Below, in pieces: positions 1 through 7,735 of a stretch of DNA of 32,000 nt. The notes beneath the pieces are model-generated. The model saw only the letters and a program-made list of their open reading frames with translations. It made no database searches and had not been told where the DNA came from. Origin of the DNA: Nitrosospira multiformis ATCC 25196. GTDB taxonomy: Bacteria; Pseudomonadota; Gammaproteobacteria; Burkholderiales; Nitrosomonadaceae. Every line of letters begins with the position of its first letter. Position 1 is the stretch's first letter. The stretch is from contig NC_007614.1 in NCBI RefSeq assembly GCF_000196355.1, positions 240,001 to 272,000 of the forward strand. Reading direction: 5' to 3'. Made by a program: the position numbers and the translations under genes.

Positions 1-1
1 G

Positions 2-322
2 GATGATGTGATTTCCGCCGGCACATCGGTGCGGGAATCGGTCGAGTATATTCATGCCGCAGGTGCCACCCCCGCAGGGGTGGCCATCGCCCTGGACCGC
101 ATGGAGCGGGGCAAAGGCGAGCTTTCCGCCGTGCAGGAAGTGCGCTGCATGTATGGAATTCCCGTCACGAGCATCGTCAATCTGGAAAACATTGTCGATT
201 ACCTGCGTGAGCAGGGGAATCTGGCGCATCACCTGCCGGCTGTGGAGGAATATCGCGCCCGGTATTCCTCCAGAATGGTAGAACCGATTGAATGCGGAGG
301 CGGCACTCCACGCGCGGGCTGA
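2..322 (+). CDS. pyrE: orotate phosphoribosyltransferase, C-terminal fragment (5' end lies outside the window)
   Basis: The frame is open from the left edge (codons from nt 2). [13 protein letters not shown]...[27 protein letters not shown] matches the PRPP-binding loop and C-terminal half of PyrE as known from E. coli. Stop at 320-322. Confidence 0.85.
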   Translation, partial: DDVISAGTSVRESVEYIHAAGATPAGVAIALDRMERGKGELSAVQEVRCMYGIPVTSIVNLENIVDYLREQGNLAHHLPAVEEYRARYSSRMVEPIECGGGTPRAG

Positions 323-329
323 GGGTTTT

Positions 330-803
330 TTACCGGGCCCCCTCCGCCGGCAGGGCGGGGAGTGTGATTTCACCCTTTACATCAAAATGGCGGCCGATGG
401 CAAAGCCCGGCGCACCCAGCTGGCCCCGCAATTCGTAATCGGTCTTTCGGTGATCCCCCGCAGTCAGACGGAATGCATGACGAATGATAGCGGTGGCAGG
501 AACCGTTACCGGAACAATGATGACCGTTTCGCCAAAGCGGGGAATCGTGCCCTGCTGATCGCTTACTCCGCTGGCAAACCTCATTCCACGCACATCCAGG
601 TCGAGCGCAACGCCATCATAGTCCAGCGGAACCGCGCCATGGTTCTGGATTCTCAGGCTGACTGCAAAGCGCGCTTCCATGCCTTTTCCTTCAAGAGGCT
701 CAAGCCCGGCCACGGAGATTCGCAACGGCTCCTGCGGCCTGAGACCCGCACACGCGGAAAGGCAAAAAATCAGGGCTGATATGACCAGTACGCTTCGTCT
801 CAT
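330..803 (-). CDS. LEA_2 / WHy (water-stress and hypersensitive response) domain lipoprotein
   Basis: 157 aa. N-terminal signal with lipobox (LIFCLSAC). The body has the beta-rich LEA-14-like pattern (RFAVSLRIQNHGAVPLDYDGVALDLDVRG...). SD-like GGTGGA lies upstream of the ATG at 803. Convergent with pyrE. Confidence 0.65.
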   Translation of the reverse strand: MRRSVLVISALIFCLSACAGLRPQEPLRISVAGLEPLEGKGMEARFAVSLRIQNHGAVPLDYDGVALDLDVRGMRFASGVSDQQGTIPRFGETVIIVPVTVPATAIIRHAFRLTAGDHRKTDYELRGQLGAPGFAIGRHFDVKGEITLPALPAEGAR

Positions 804-928
804 GGTTCCACCCGTTTGGCAACGGGAAGATCATACCGAATATTTCATTTTGCGAGTTCACTGCCTGCACGCATTTTTATTCTGTTGAGCGTGCTCATCG
901 GAGATTGGAGACAGGGGAAGGGGGAGGT

Positions 929-958
929 TTGCGGTGCATACGGGCTTTAGGCTATCAT
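929..958 (+). promoter_or_regulatory. candidate sigma70 promoter for rnpB (TTGCGG-N18-TATCAT)
   Basis: -35-like TTGCGG at 929-934 and -10-like TATCAT at 953-958. The -10 lies 6 nt upstream of the predicted mature 5' end of RNase P RNA at 965. Confidence 0.3.
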
Positions 959-964
959 TGCACC

Positions 965-1265
965 GAAGCTGGCCAGACAGTCGCTGCCTGTCCTCGGTGA
1001 CGAGTGCAGGGAGAGGAAAGTCCGGGCTCCGCAGAGCAGGATGCCGGTTAACGGCCGGCCGCCGTAAGGTGAGGAACAGGGCCACAGAGACGAGCGTATT
1101 AAGTTACGGTGAAACGCGGTAACCTCCATCCGGAGCAAGACCAAATAGGCAGGCGATGATGCTGCTCGCTGAGCCTGCGGGTAGGTTGCTTGAGCGTGCG
1201 GGTGACTGCACGCCTAGAGGAATGACTGTCCTTGACAGAACCCGGCTTATCGGCCAGCTTCTTTC
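965..1265 (+). ncRNA. rnpB: RNase P RNA (bacterial type A, M1 RNA)
   Basis: 5' GAAGCTGGCCAGACAGTCGC pairs with 3' GGCCAGCTTC to form P1. Universally conserved P4 strands are present: GAGGAAAGTCCGGGCTCC and ACAGAACCCGGCTTATCGG. Also has CCGGAGCAAGACCAAATAGG and GGTAGGTTGCTTGAG, close to E. coli M1 RNA. The ends are approximate to a few nt. Confidence 0.92.
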
Positions 1266-1502
1266 CTCAATTTCTGATAGTTCTCACTCCATGAAGGCGA
1301 AAGCGACGACCCGCCGATTGGAGGTTCCCTGCATGTTCCAGGTAGCAGAAAACAGCAAAAATATCTCCCTCGCCATCCTTCCGCAGCTTGTTATGTGAAC
1401 ATTCTCTGTTTCCTTTTCCGGACAGGTTTGTTATACAATCGGCGATTGCTCCCGCTTGCGCGGGGCGTCAGATTAAATTGCGGACACAAAACCGGAGATA
1501 TT

Positions 1503-2099
1503 ATGAAGAAAATTTTTGAGTGGGCTGCCGGGCTGGCAGGGGCTATGATGATAGCTCTCGTCGTTGTTCCCGCCCATGCACAACTCATGCTTGCGCATGA
1601 AGGCCACCATTCAGGCGATTGTGCCATCAAATCGGGCGCCTTTCCTGTATCCTTCAGCGCCTATGAGAAGCCCAAGGGCGAGCTTCCGCCCACTCATGCC
1701 TATTGCGACCATGTTCCCGAAACCGGGGAGTTGTATTTCACCGTGGACCTGACCGATCCCGAATCCCGCGAAATTCCCATCGCGATGCGCCTGGTAATGG
1801 AAGGGCATGGAGAGGGGGGGCATGAAATCATGTCGATACCTGCCAAACCCTACCCTTCCGGAAGCATTACGTTTACCGTAAACCTGGAAGAACTGGGGCA
1901 GTACGCGTTGCTGCTGGAAACCGAGAAGGACGGTAAGATGACTCCCGCGGTACGCATTCCCGTACATGTAGGGGGAGGTGGCGGCCATGATGGACACGGC
2001 GGGGGTATCGGCATGACAGAGATTGCACTGATAGTGGGTGTGGCTGGCGTAGCAGCCTTCTTTCTGCTGCGTCGGCGGACGAGCGCCAAAATGTCCTGA
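1503..2099 (+). CDS. secreted His/Gly-rich protein with C-terminal transmembrane anchor (candidate periplasmic metal-binding protein)
   Basis: ATG at 1503 is preceded by GGAGA; the ORF-track start at 1395 is unlikely. Signal peptide MKKIFEWAAGLAGAMMIALVVVPAHA. His clusters HEGHHSGD, EGHGEGGHE and GGGGGHDGHGGG. C-terminal hydrophobic helix IALIVGVAGVAAFFLL followed by RRR. Confidence 0.6.
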   Translation: MKKIFEWAAGLAGAMMIALVVVPAHAQLMLAHEGHHSGDCAIKSGAFPVSFSAYEKPKGELPPTHAYCDHVPETGELYFTVDLTDPESREIPIAMRLVMEGHGEGGHEIMSIPAKPYPSGSITFTVNLEELGQYALLLETEKDGKMTPAVRIPVHVGGGGGHDGHGGGIGMTEIALIVGVAGVAAFFLLRRRTSAKMS

Positions 2100-2378
2100 G
2101 CAGGCGGAATCAGCGAGCGCTATTCAATCCACGATCCGCGAAATTAAAAGCACACTTCCGCGGATCCTCCTGAAAGAGCGGCGACGGGTTTTTAAGGGAT
2201 TATCTATTTTCCCTTCTTGACCTCGGCGCCGTTTTTTTATTCATCATCGGGCCTATTCCGGATCTTACAGCCTACTCGGGTGATTAACGTGGGGGGCGGT
2301 GTAAGGTAGGATAGTAAGGACGAGATCTTCCTTTCAGGCCGGCTTTCAATGCGAATGCGCCTGAAAAACGAAAGGTCC

Positions 2379-3566
2379 TTACTGGAAAATAGTCTCGCGC
2401 AACATGGCGAAAGTTTTGCCGACATGATCCATCTGCTCGCTGGTATGAACGGCACTTACACTGCAACGCACCAGCGAATTGCCCTCCGGCGTTGCGGGCG
2501 GCAAGACCAGATTCACATAGATACCCTGTTCAAGCAGTCCTTTCCACAGTGCCAGCGCCTGTTGCGGCGTTTCAAGGATTGTTGCGATAACAGGGCTGGG
2601 TTCCGGTCCCAGGCGATAACCCAGTTCCTTGAGTTGCGAGTAGAGCTGGTGCACATTCTTCCAGAGCTGTCGGCGTAATTCGACCCCCTCCCTCAGCAGC
2701 TTGAGAGCTGCACGGGTTGAGGCGATGGTGGCAGGCGTAGGCGACGCAGTGAAAATATAAGGCCGGCTCACATAGCGCAACTGATCCAGTTGCGGATGAT
2801 TGCTCACACAGTAGCCGCCGATCCCCCCCAAGCTTTTACTGAAGGTGCCTGTGATGAAGTCTACTCTATCGAGGAGGCCTGTTTCTTCTACCAGACCCTG
2901 TCCGGTCTCACCCAGTACCCCCAGGGAATGCGCTTCATCAAGAAGAAGCGTGCTGTTATACGCATCCTTTACCTTGACGATATCCGCCAGCGGCGCGCGG
3001 TCTCCCAGCATACTGTAGATGCCCTCGGCAATGATGAGGGTGGAGCGCGATCTTTCTCCCAGGCGGCGGAGACGCTTCTCCAGATCGGCCGCATCGTTGT
3101 GTCTGAAGCGGATTATTTCGGCGCCGCTCAAACGGCAACCATCGTAGATGCTTGCGTGGGAATCGCCATCGATAAGAACGATGTCGCCGGCCCCGGCCAG
3201 CCCTGAGATGGTTGCAAGGTTGGCCTGATATCCCGTGGTAAATACGATGCAGGACCCGCATTGATAAAACTCGGCAAACTCGCGCTCGAGGGCACGATGG
3301 CCGCTGTAACTGCCATTGGCCATGCGCGAGCCGGTTGTACCCGTGCCTTCATTGTGAATCGCTTCCTGCGCTGCGTCCCGGCATTCCTGAGCGAAGGTAA
3401 GGCCCAGATAATTATTTGTTCCCAGAAACAATATCCGGTGATCCCCGATCCTGGCCTCGGTCGAGGAATAAACTTCTTCTATGGGTGTTCCAAAAACCTC
3501 AACACCCTCAGGCAGCAGGGCTTTTCTCGCTGCCGCCACGGCATCCAGTTTATCTAGCAAACTCAT
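2379..3566 (-). CDS. spt: alpha-oxoamine synthase family PLP enzyme, serine palmitoyltransferase-like
   Basis: 395 aa. The PLP-lysine context GTFSKSLGGIGGY matches the GTFSKS signature I recall for bacterial SPT, as opposed to the T(F/L)GKA-type context of BioF/KBL. Other fold-type-I AOS motifs are present (LDEAHSLGVLG, TTGYQANL). The start overlaps the upstream ACP stop by 4 nt (ATGA). Confidence 0.75.
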   Translation of the reverse strand: MSLLDKLDAVAAARKALLPEGVEVFGTPIEEVYSSTEARIGDHRILFLGTNNYLGLTFAQECRDAAQEAIHNEGTGTTGSRMANGSYSGHRALEREFAEFYQCGSCIVFTTGYQANLATISGLAGAGDIVLIDGDSHASIYDGCRLSGAEIIRFRHNDAADLEKRLRRLGERSRSTLIIAEGIYSMLGDRAPLADIVKVKDAYNSTLLLDEAHSLGVLGETGQGLVEETGLLDRVDFITGTFSKSLGGIGGYCVSNHPQLDQLRYVSRPYIFTASPTPATIASTRAALKLLREGVELRRQLWKNVHQLYSQLKELGYRLGPEPSPVIATILETPQQALALWKGLLEQGIYVNLVLPPATPEGNSLVRCSVSAVHTSEQMDHVGKTFAMLRETIFQ

Positions 3567-3817
3567 TGTTTTTGAGACTTTATTCGGTAGATCAAGTTGG
3601 CGAGCTCATGAACGGTCTGTACATCCGCAAGAGCATTGATCGGTACGGAAATGTCGAACTCGTCCTCGATTTCCATGATCAGGTTCAGCAATTTTACAGA
3701 ATCGATTGCCAGCTCGTTAATAAGATCGCTCTGCGGTGTGATTTCCACCTCTGGACCGGCAAGCTGCTCAAGGTGATGGCAAAGTTTTTGCAGAACGTCG
3801 TTATAATCGTTCAACAT
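3563..3817 (-). CDS. acyl carrier protein (dedicated, pathway-specific)
   Basis: 84 aa, acidic. Phosphopantetheine attachment motif LAIDSVKLLNLIMEIEDEF. Sits between the SDR and Spt-like genes and is translationally coupled to the latter. Confidence 0.8.
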   Translation of the reverse strand: MLNDYNDVLQKLCHHLEQLAGPEVEITPQSDLINELAIDSVKLLNLIMEIEDEFDISVPINALADVQTVHELANLIYRIKSQKQ

Positions 3818-3846
3818 CTGGATTCAAAATGATTCGGTGATTGAAA

Positions 3847-4761
3847 TTAGACTGCTTGTGGTAAAGCGTCGCGAAGGTGGATGCAGGGTCGCCACCCTGG
3901 GAGTGCCCGAGTCAGGGGATCAATATCACAAACCCAGTCGGGGTGGCGCAATTCTCTCACTTTTCCCGGGGTCAGCATAGGTGAATAGCTTAGCATTCTG
4001 GCAGACCACAAGTTGATATTTGCGATCAATGAAACCAGTGGTGCGGGGAAAAAGACGCAGCGTACAGGGCGTTTCCACACTTCCTGTGCAATAGTGGCTA
4101 CCGCCTGGCTGTCGTAACCTCCCGGCATACCGTCATCAAGCTCGTAGGTACCTTGTACAGGCACCGCAGTCGAAAGCCAGCAGGTGATTGCCGCTACCAG
4201 ATCGGCGACATGCAGTAGTCCAAACCGCATCTCAGGTTGCCCCACCATTGGCAAGATACCGCGGCGCGTTATCCTGAACAGCGGGCTCATTTCCTTATCT
4301 CCGGGACCATAAACAGCCGTTGGACGAAAAATGGCACAGGCCATACCCGCCGAGCGCTCGTCTATCAGACGTTCAGCCATGTGCTTGCTCGTGGCGTACC
4401 AGGAAAGCTCGGGTTGCCGGGCGGCCAGAGAAGAAACCAGCAGGAAACGTGGAGGCGGGTTTTGTTCCAGAGAAGCCTGCATCAGGTTGGCCGTGCCTTC
4501 CACATTGGTACGGACAAAGCTCTCGAGAGAGCTTCCCCGAACCTGACCTGCGCAATGCACAACGGCCGAGACACCTGTTACGAGTTTTCGCAATGCATCG
4601 CGGTCATGTAAATCGCCTTCTATCCATTGCGTGGACTCGTCATCGACGCGCGCACGTCTTGTCAGAGCCCTGACTTTCCATCCTTCCTTTATCAGGGACT
4701 GCAGCAGAGCATTTCCGATAAAGCCAGTGGCGCCGGTAACGGCAACCCAGGACTCCGACAT
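3847..4761 (-). CDS. NAD(P)-dependent epimerase/dehydratase-family SDR, candidate 3-ketosphinganine/ceramide reductase (CerR-like)
   Basis: 304 aa. Rossmann motif VTGATGFIGNAL at the N-terminus and catalytic YxxxK (YATSK). The start is 7 nt after the FAAL stop, with GGGG as SD. Confidence 0.7.
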   Translation of the reverse strand: MSESWVAVTGATGFIGNALLQSLIKEGWKVRALTRRARVDDESTQWIEGDLHDRDALRKLVTGVSAVVHCAGQVRGSSLESFVRTNVEGTANLMQASLEQNPPPRFLLVSSLAARQPELSWYATSKHMAERLIDERSAGMACAIFRPTAVYGPGDKEMSPLFRITRRGILPMVGQPEMRFGLLHVADLVAAITCWLSTAVPVQGTYELDDGMPGGYDSQAVATIAQEVWKRPVRCVFFPAPLVSLIANINLWSARMLSYSPMLTPGKVRELRHPDWVCDIDPLTRALPGWRPCIHLRDALPQAV

Positions 4762-4768
4762 ACCCCGA

Positions 4769-6628
4769 TTATTTGTCCCCGGATTCGGCAGACAACTGGT
4801 CTGTCATCTGCGTTCGCTGGATAAAGCCCTGGCGGGCCGCAAAACGGGACAGTTTTCCAGAGGAAGTACGCGGCAGGGTGTGCGGTGGAACCAGTTCCAC
4901 CAGACAATTCACGCCAAACGCCATGTAGACCAGACGTTGCAGACGGCTGGTAAGGGACTGGCGATCCGTTATCGAGGTAAGTCGGCATTCGATGACCAGG
5001 ACAATGGTCGTGACGTCATTGGCGTCAGTAATGCCGAAGGCGGACGCTTCGCGCGTTCTCACTTCAGGTTGCTGTTCGGCAAGCTCCTCGATATCCTGCG
5101 CGCGGATGTTACGCCCATTGACGATGATTACATCGGTGCGGCGCCCGGTGATGTAAAGATCCCCTTCGAAGAGGAACCCCAGATCACCGGTATCCAGCCA
5201 GTTTCCGGGTTTGAGTGTTTTGCCGGTATCTTCCGGATTGTTGAAATAACCTGTCATGATACTGCTGCCCTGCACGAGTACGCTGCCTACTCGCAAATCC
5301 GGGAGTTGCTGGCCGGCCTCGTCGATCACTTTGACGATATGTCCCGGCAAGGCGCGGCCGCAATTGACAAATTCACTATACTTCCGGCCTTCCACCTGTA
5401 ACCGTACCGCCATTTTCCTGTCAACGAGGGTTGCCGCGTCGACGCGCAAACTCTGAAAACCTTGGCCAACTTCGGAGAAGGTAACGGCGAGCGTCGATTC
5501 AGCCAGCCCGTAGCAGGGGAGGAATGCGCGCGCGTCAAAACCGGCAGGCGCAAATTTTTCCGCAAAATTCCTCAAAGTGTCCGGACGGATCATTTCCGCG
5601 CCGACTCCCGCTGCACGCCAACTGCTGAGGTCAAGATCTTCCAAGTCGGAATCGCGCACGCGAAGCGTGCAGAGCTTGAGTCCAAAAGGTTGGCTGAATG
5701 CGACGGTAGCGCGATTTCTGCTGATCAGCCGCAGCCATTGCAGCGGCCTGATTGCAAAATCACGGGTAGCCAGATAATCAACGGAAACTTGCGCCACCAT
5801 GGGGGCCATTACCATGCCAACCAAGCCCATGTCATGATAAAACGGCAACCAGGATGCGCAGCGGTCTCCTGCCCGGATATTCAGACCGTGACGGACAATG
5901 CCCTGAAGGTTGCTCATTAGTGCACCTTCGGTAATTACTACTCCACGGGGCATGCGCGTGCTTCCCGAAGTAAATTGCAGATATGCGATTTCATCCGGAC
6001 TATTTGGCGCAAGCTCGGTGATCGACGCCGGCAGTTCCCCGAGTTGCTCCGGCGTTCCCACCCAACGCAGATATTGGGACCCCTCGGCCGCTTCTTTCAA
6101 GAAATCGACATAGTCGGCGTTCGCCAGAGCGGCGCTTGCCTGGCCCGCTTCCAGCATTCCGCGCAACTGCCGAACATAAACCGCATGGCTGCCGAGGTTG
6201 ACAGGAACAGGCATTGCATAAGGTACCAGCCCTGCATAGCGGCATGCATAAAAGATCTCCACGAACTCCGGCGTCGTGTCGGCAATAATCGCAACACGGT
6301 CTCCTCTCGCCAACCCAAGCCGCAGCAACTGCCGCGCCGCTGTTTGGGCATTTTGCCTTAATGCCTGATAGGGAAGAACAGAGCGGAGATTACCCTTGGC
6401 ATCGTAAAAGTTATATCCGGCTGTACCTGCCGCCGCATACTCGAGCGCAGCGATCAAGGTGTCGAAGTCGGCTAATCTCTGAGCTTGAGTGTTGTAGGTG
6501 GGTGTGGGGATCGCAGCTGCCGGCTGCTCGCTTGATAATTGAGGGTTAAACGCTTGCGTCAGCGGAGCGTTCAACTTTGCTATTGTTGAACTCAAGGTCT
6601 TCCCCTCCAAGTTAATCGTACTAGTCAT
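4769..6628 (-). CDS. fatty acyl-AMP ligase / acyl-ACP synthetase (AMP-dependent synthetase family)
   Basis: Adenylation motifs LQFTSGSTRMPRGVVITEGALMSNL, WLDTGDLGF and LPRTSSGKLSR. First gene of the four-gene minus-strand operon. Start is taken at the ATG at 6628; the ORF track extends to a TTG at 6661. Confidence 0.8.
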   Translation of the reverse strand: MTSTINLEGKTLSSTIAKLNAPLTQAFNPQLSSEQPAAAIPTPTYNTQAQRLADFDTLIAALEYAAAGTAGYNFYDAKGNLRSVLPYQALRQNAQTAARQLLRLGLARGDRVAIIADTTPEFVEIFYACRYAGLVPYAMPVPVNLGSHAVYVRQLRGMLEAGQASAALANADYVDFLKEAAEGSQYLRWVGTPEQLGELPASITELAPNSPDEIAYLQFTSGSTRMPRGVVITEGALMSNLQGIVRHGLNIRAGDRCASWLPFYHDMGLVGMVMAPMVAQVSVDYLATRDFAIRPLQWLRLISRNRATVAFSQPFGLKLCTLRVRDSDLEDLDLSSWRAAGVGAEMIRPDTLRNFAEKFAPAGFDARAFLPCYGLAESTLAVTFSEVGQGFQSLRVDAATLVDRKMAVRLQVEGRKYSEFVNCGRALPGHIVKVIDEAGQQLPDLRVGSVLVQGSSIMTGYFNNPEDTGKTLKPGNWLDTGDLGFLFEGDLYITGRRTDVIIVNGRNIRAQDIEELAEQQPEVRTREASAFGITDANDVTTIVLVIECRLTSITDRQSLTSRLQRLVYMAFGVNCLVELVPPHTLPRTSSGKLSRFAARQGFIQRTQMTDQLSAESGDK

Positions 6629-7288
6629 CTTTTTATAATATAAAGGATTCCAGTCGGGCAATCGTGTTTTTGGCCATCATCCGCTGTCGCGTCGTCCGAG
6701 TTCGAGATGCTGCTTGAAAATATCGGCCTTACCTGGCTCCCGGTAAAGGCAGTAGCTCCAAAAACAAAAAATAAATGCGTTAATCTGTGAAATCAACGAA
6801 CCTTCTTATACTCAGCTCTTATTATCGTAATAGAACAGCTTTATCATGCACTTCCGGCATTACCGGAGCATGCTCCTTCACGCGCAAGGGGCTGTCTCTA
6901 ACACGCGGTCCGCTTTCGATTATTTACAGAATAGGCGATAAGCTCCATTCTGTACGAGTTGGCAGACGATATAAAGAGGTTTTGGAGAATGGAAGGGAAA
7001 TGTGTGTCTTTTTTGCAACACTTGCCGGAATCGGACCCTTCAGCTTCGCGTTAGATCTGATCTCAATCTCTTTCGCAGCCGGACGGCATTTTACAGGATC
7101 CAGCTATCGATGGATCAACTCTTCTTTTATTTTCGAGGCGGATTATTGCAAGCCCCGGCGCGGTCTTGCGGAATCACTATACGCAAGGAATCTATACGGA
7201 ATCCTGGGAAAATTCCTCGCCTGGAATGGGTCTTCCCGCTGATTTCAAGTGCAAAGCTGGATTTACGCTCGCTCAGTAGCGGGTCGAC

Positions 7289-7633
7289 TCATCCTTCGAG
7301 CCATGTCTTTGCTGCGGCATAATCCCGGAATACCCGTATGTCGGCATCGACAAATAGATTGGATACCCAGGCCGCCCAGGCGCGCCACTGGTTTTCAGTA
7401 ATTATCGCGATGCGGTTGAATTCGCTGCCGTGTTCTCGCACGAATTTGATGTCCTCCCAAGCGACATCGATGGTGTAGCTCAGCATATCCCGCCAATCGA
7501 ACAATACATTCACCTTGCCCTCGCGGCCAGCCTTGCGGAGGACCTTGTCCTCGAATTCTTGGTAATCGGCCAAGGTGAATTCGCCGAAAACAGCGATACT
7601 GATCAGATTTTCCGTTTCCTCAATGGTTATCAT
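7289..7633 (-). CDS. STAS/SpoIIAA-like domain protein (DUF3478-type)
   Basis: 114 aa. Pattern FGEFTLADYQEFEDKV...VNVLFDWRDM...AWEDIKF...FNRIAIITENQW is typical of the small SpoIIAA-like STAS family. No partner kinase or phosphatase is adjacent. Confidence 0.55.
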   Translation of the reverse strand: MITIEETENLISIAVFGEFTLADYQEFEDKVLRKAGREGKVNVLFDWRDMLSYTIDVAWEDIKFVREHGSEFNRIAIITENQWRAWAAWVSNLFVDADIRVFRDYAAAKTWLEG

Positions 7634-7665
7634 GTCTTACCCACAATATAAAATTGCGCGGCCAG

Positions 7666-7709
7666 AGAAAAATCCGTCCAAAAAATTCGGGCTATCGAAG
7701 AAAAATCCG
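7666..7709. repeat. intergenic direct repeat AGAAAAATCCG(T/C)CC x2, 33-nt register
   Basis: Copies at 7666-7679 and 7699-7712 (13 of 14 identical). They lie in the 102-bp gap between the Rieske oxygenase stop and the STAS gene start. Confidence 0.5.
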
Positions 7710-7735
7710 CCCAGCAAGAGGATATCACTTATTGC

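Noticed and set aside
288-779. 163-aa plus-strand ORF
   Set aside because: It is entirely antisense to the LEA_2 lipoprotein gene, which has a signal peptide, lipobox and SD. It has no motifs and is a typical shadow ORF in GC-rich coding DNA.
934-1398. Several 60-80-aa ORFs (934-1122, 947-1144, 1156-1398)
   Set aside because: They overlap the RNase P RNA gene, whose conserved P1 and P4 elements explain the sequence. They are not protein-coding.
2010-2099. C-terminal tail of the His/Gly-rich protein as a bona fide PEP-CTERM signal
   Set aside because: A TM helix plus RRR is present, but the PEP tripeptide is absent (the sequence reads GMTEI). It is reported only as a speculative non-canonical signal.
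4631-5920. Plus-strand ORFs of 256 aa and 152 aa
   Set aside because: They are antisense to the acyl-AMP ligase gene, which carries clear adenylation motifs. The plus-strand translations are Arg/Gly/Ala-rich with no motifs.
6787-7242. 151-aa ORF with a GTG start in the spacer upstream of the FAAL operon
   Set aside because: It has no recognisable domain, no SD, an odd composition, and sits opposite to both flanking genes. The interval is kept only as unexplained sequence (see findings).
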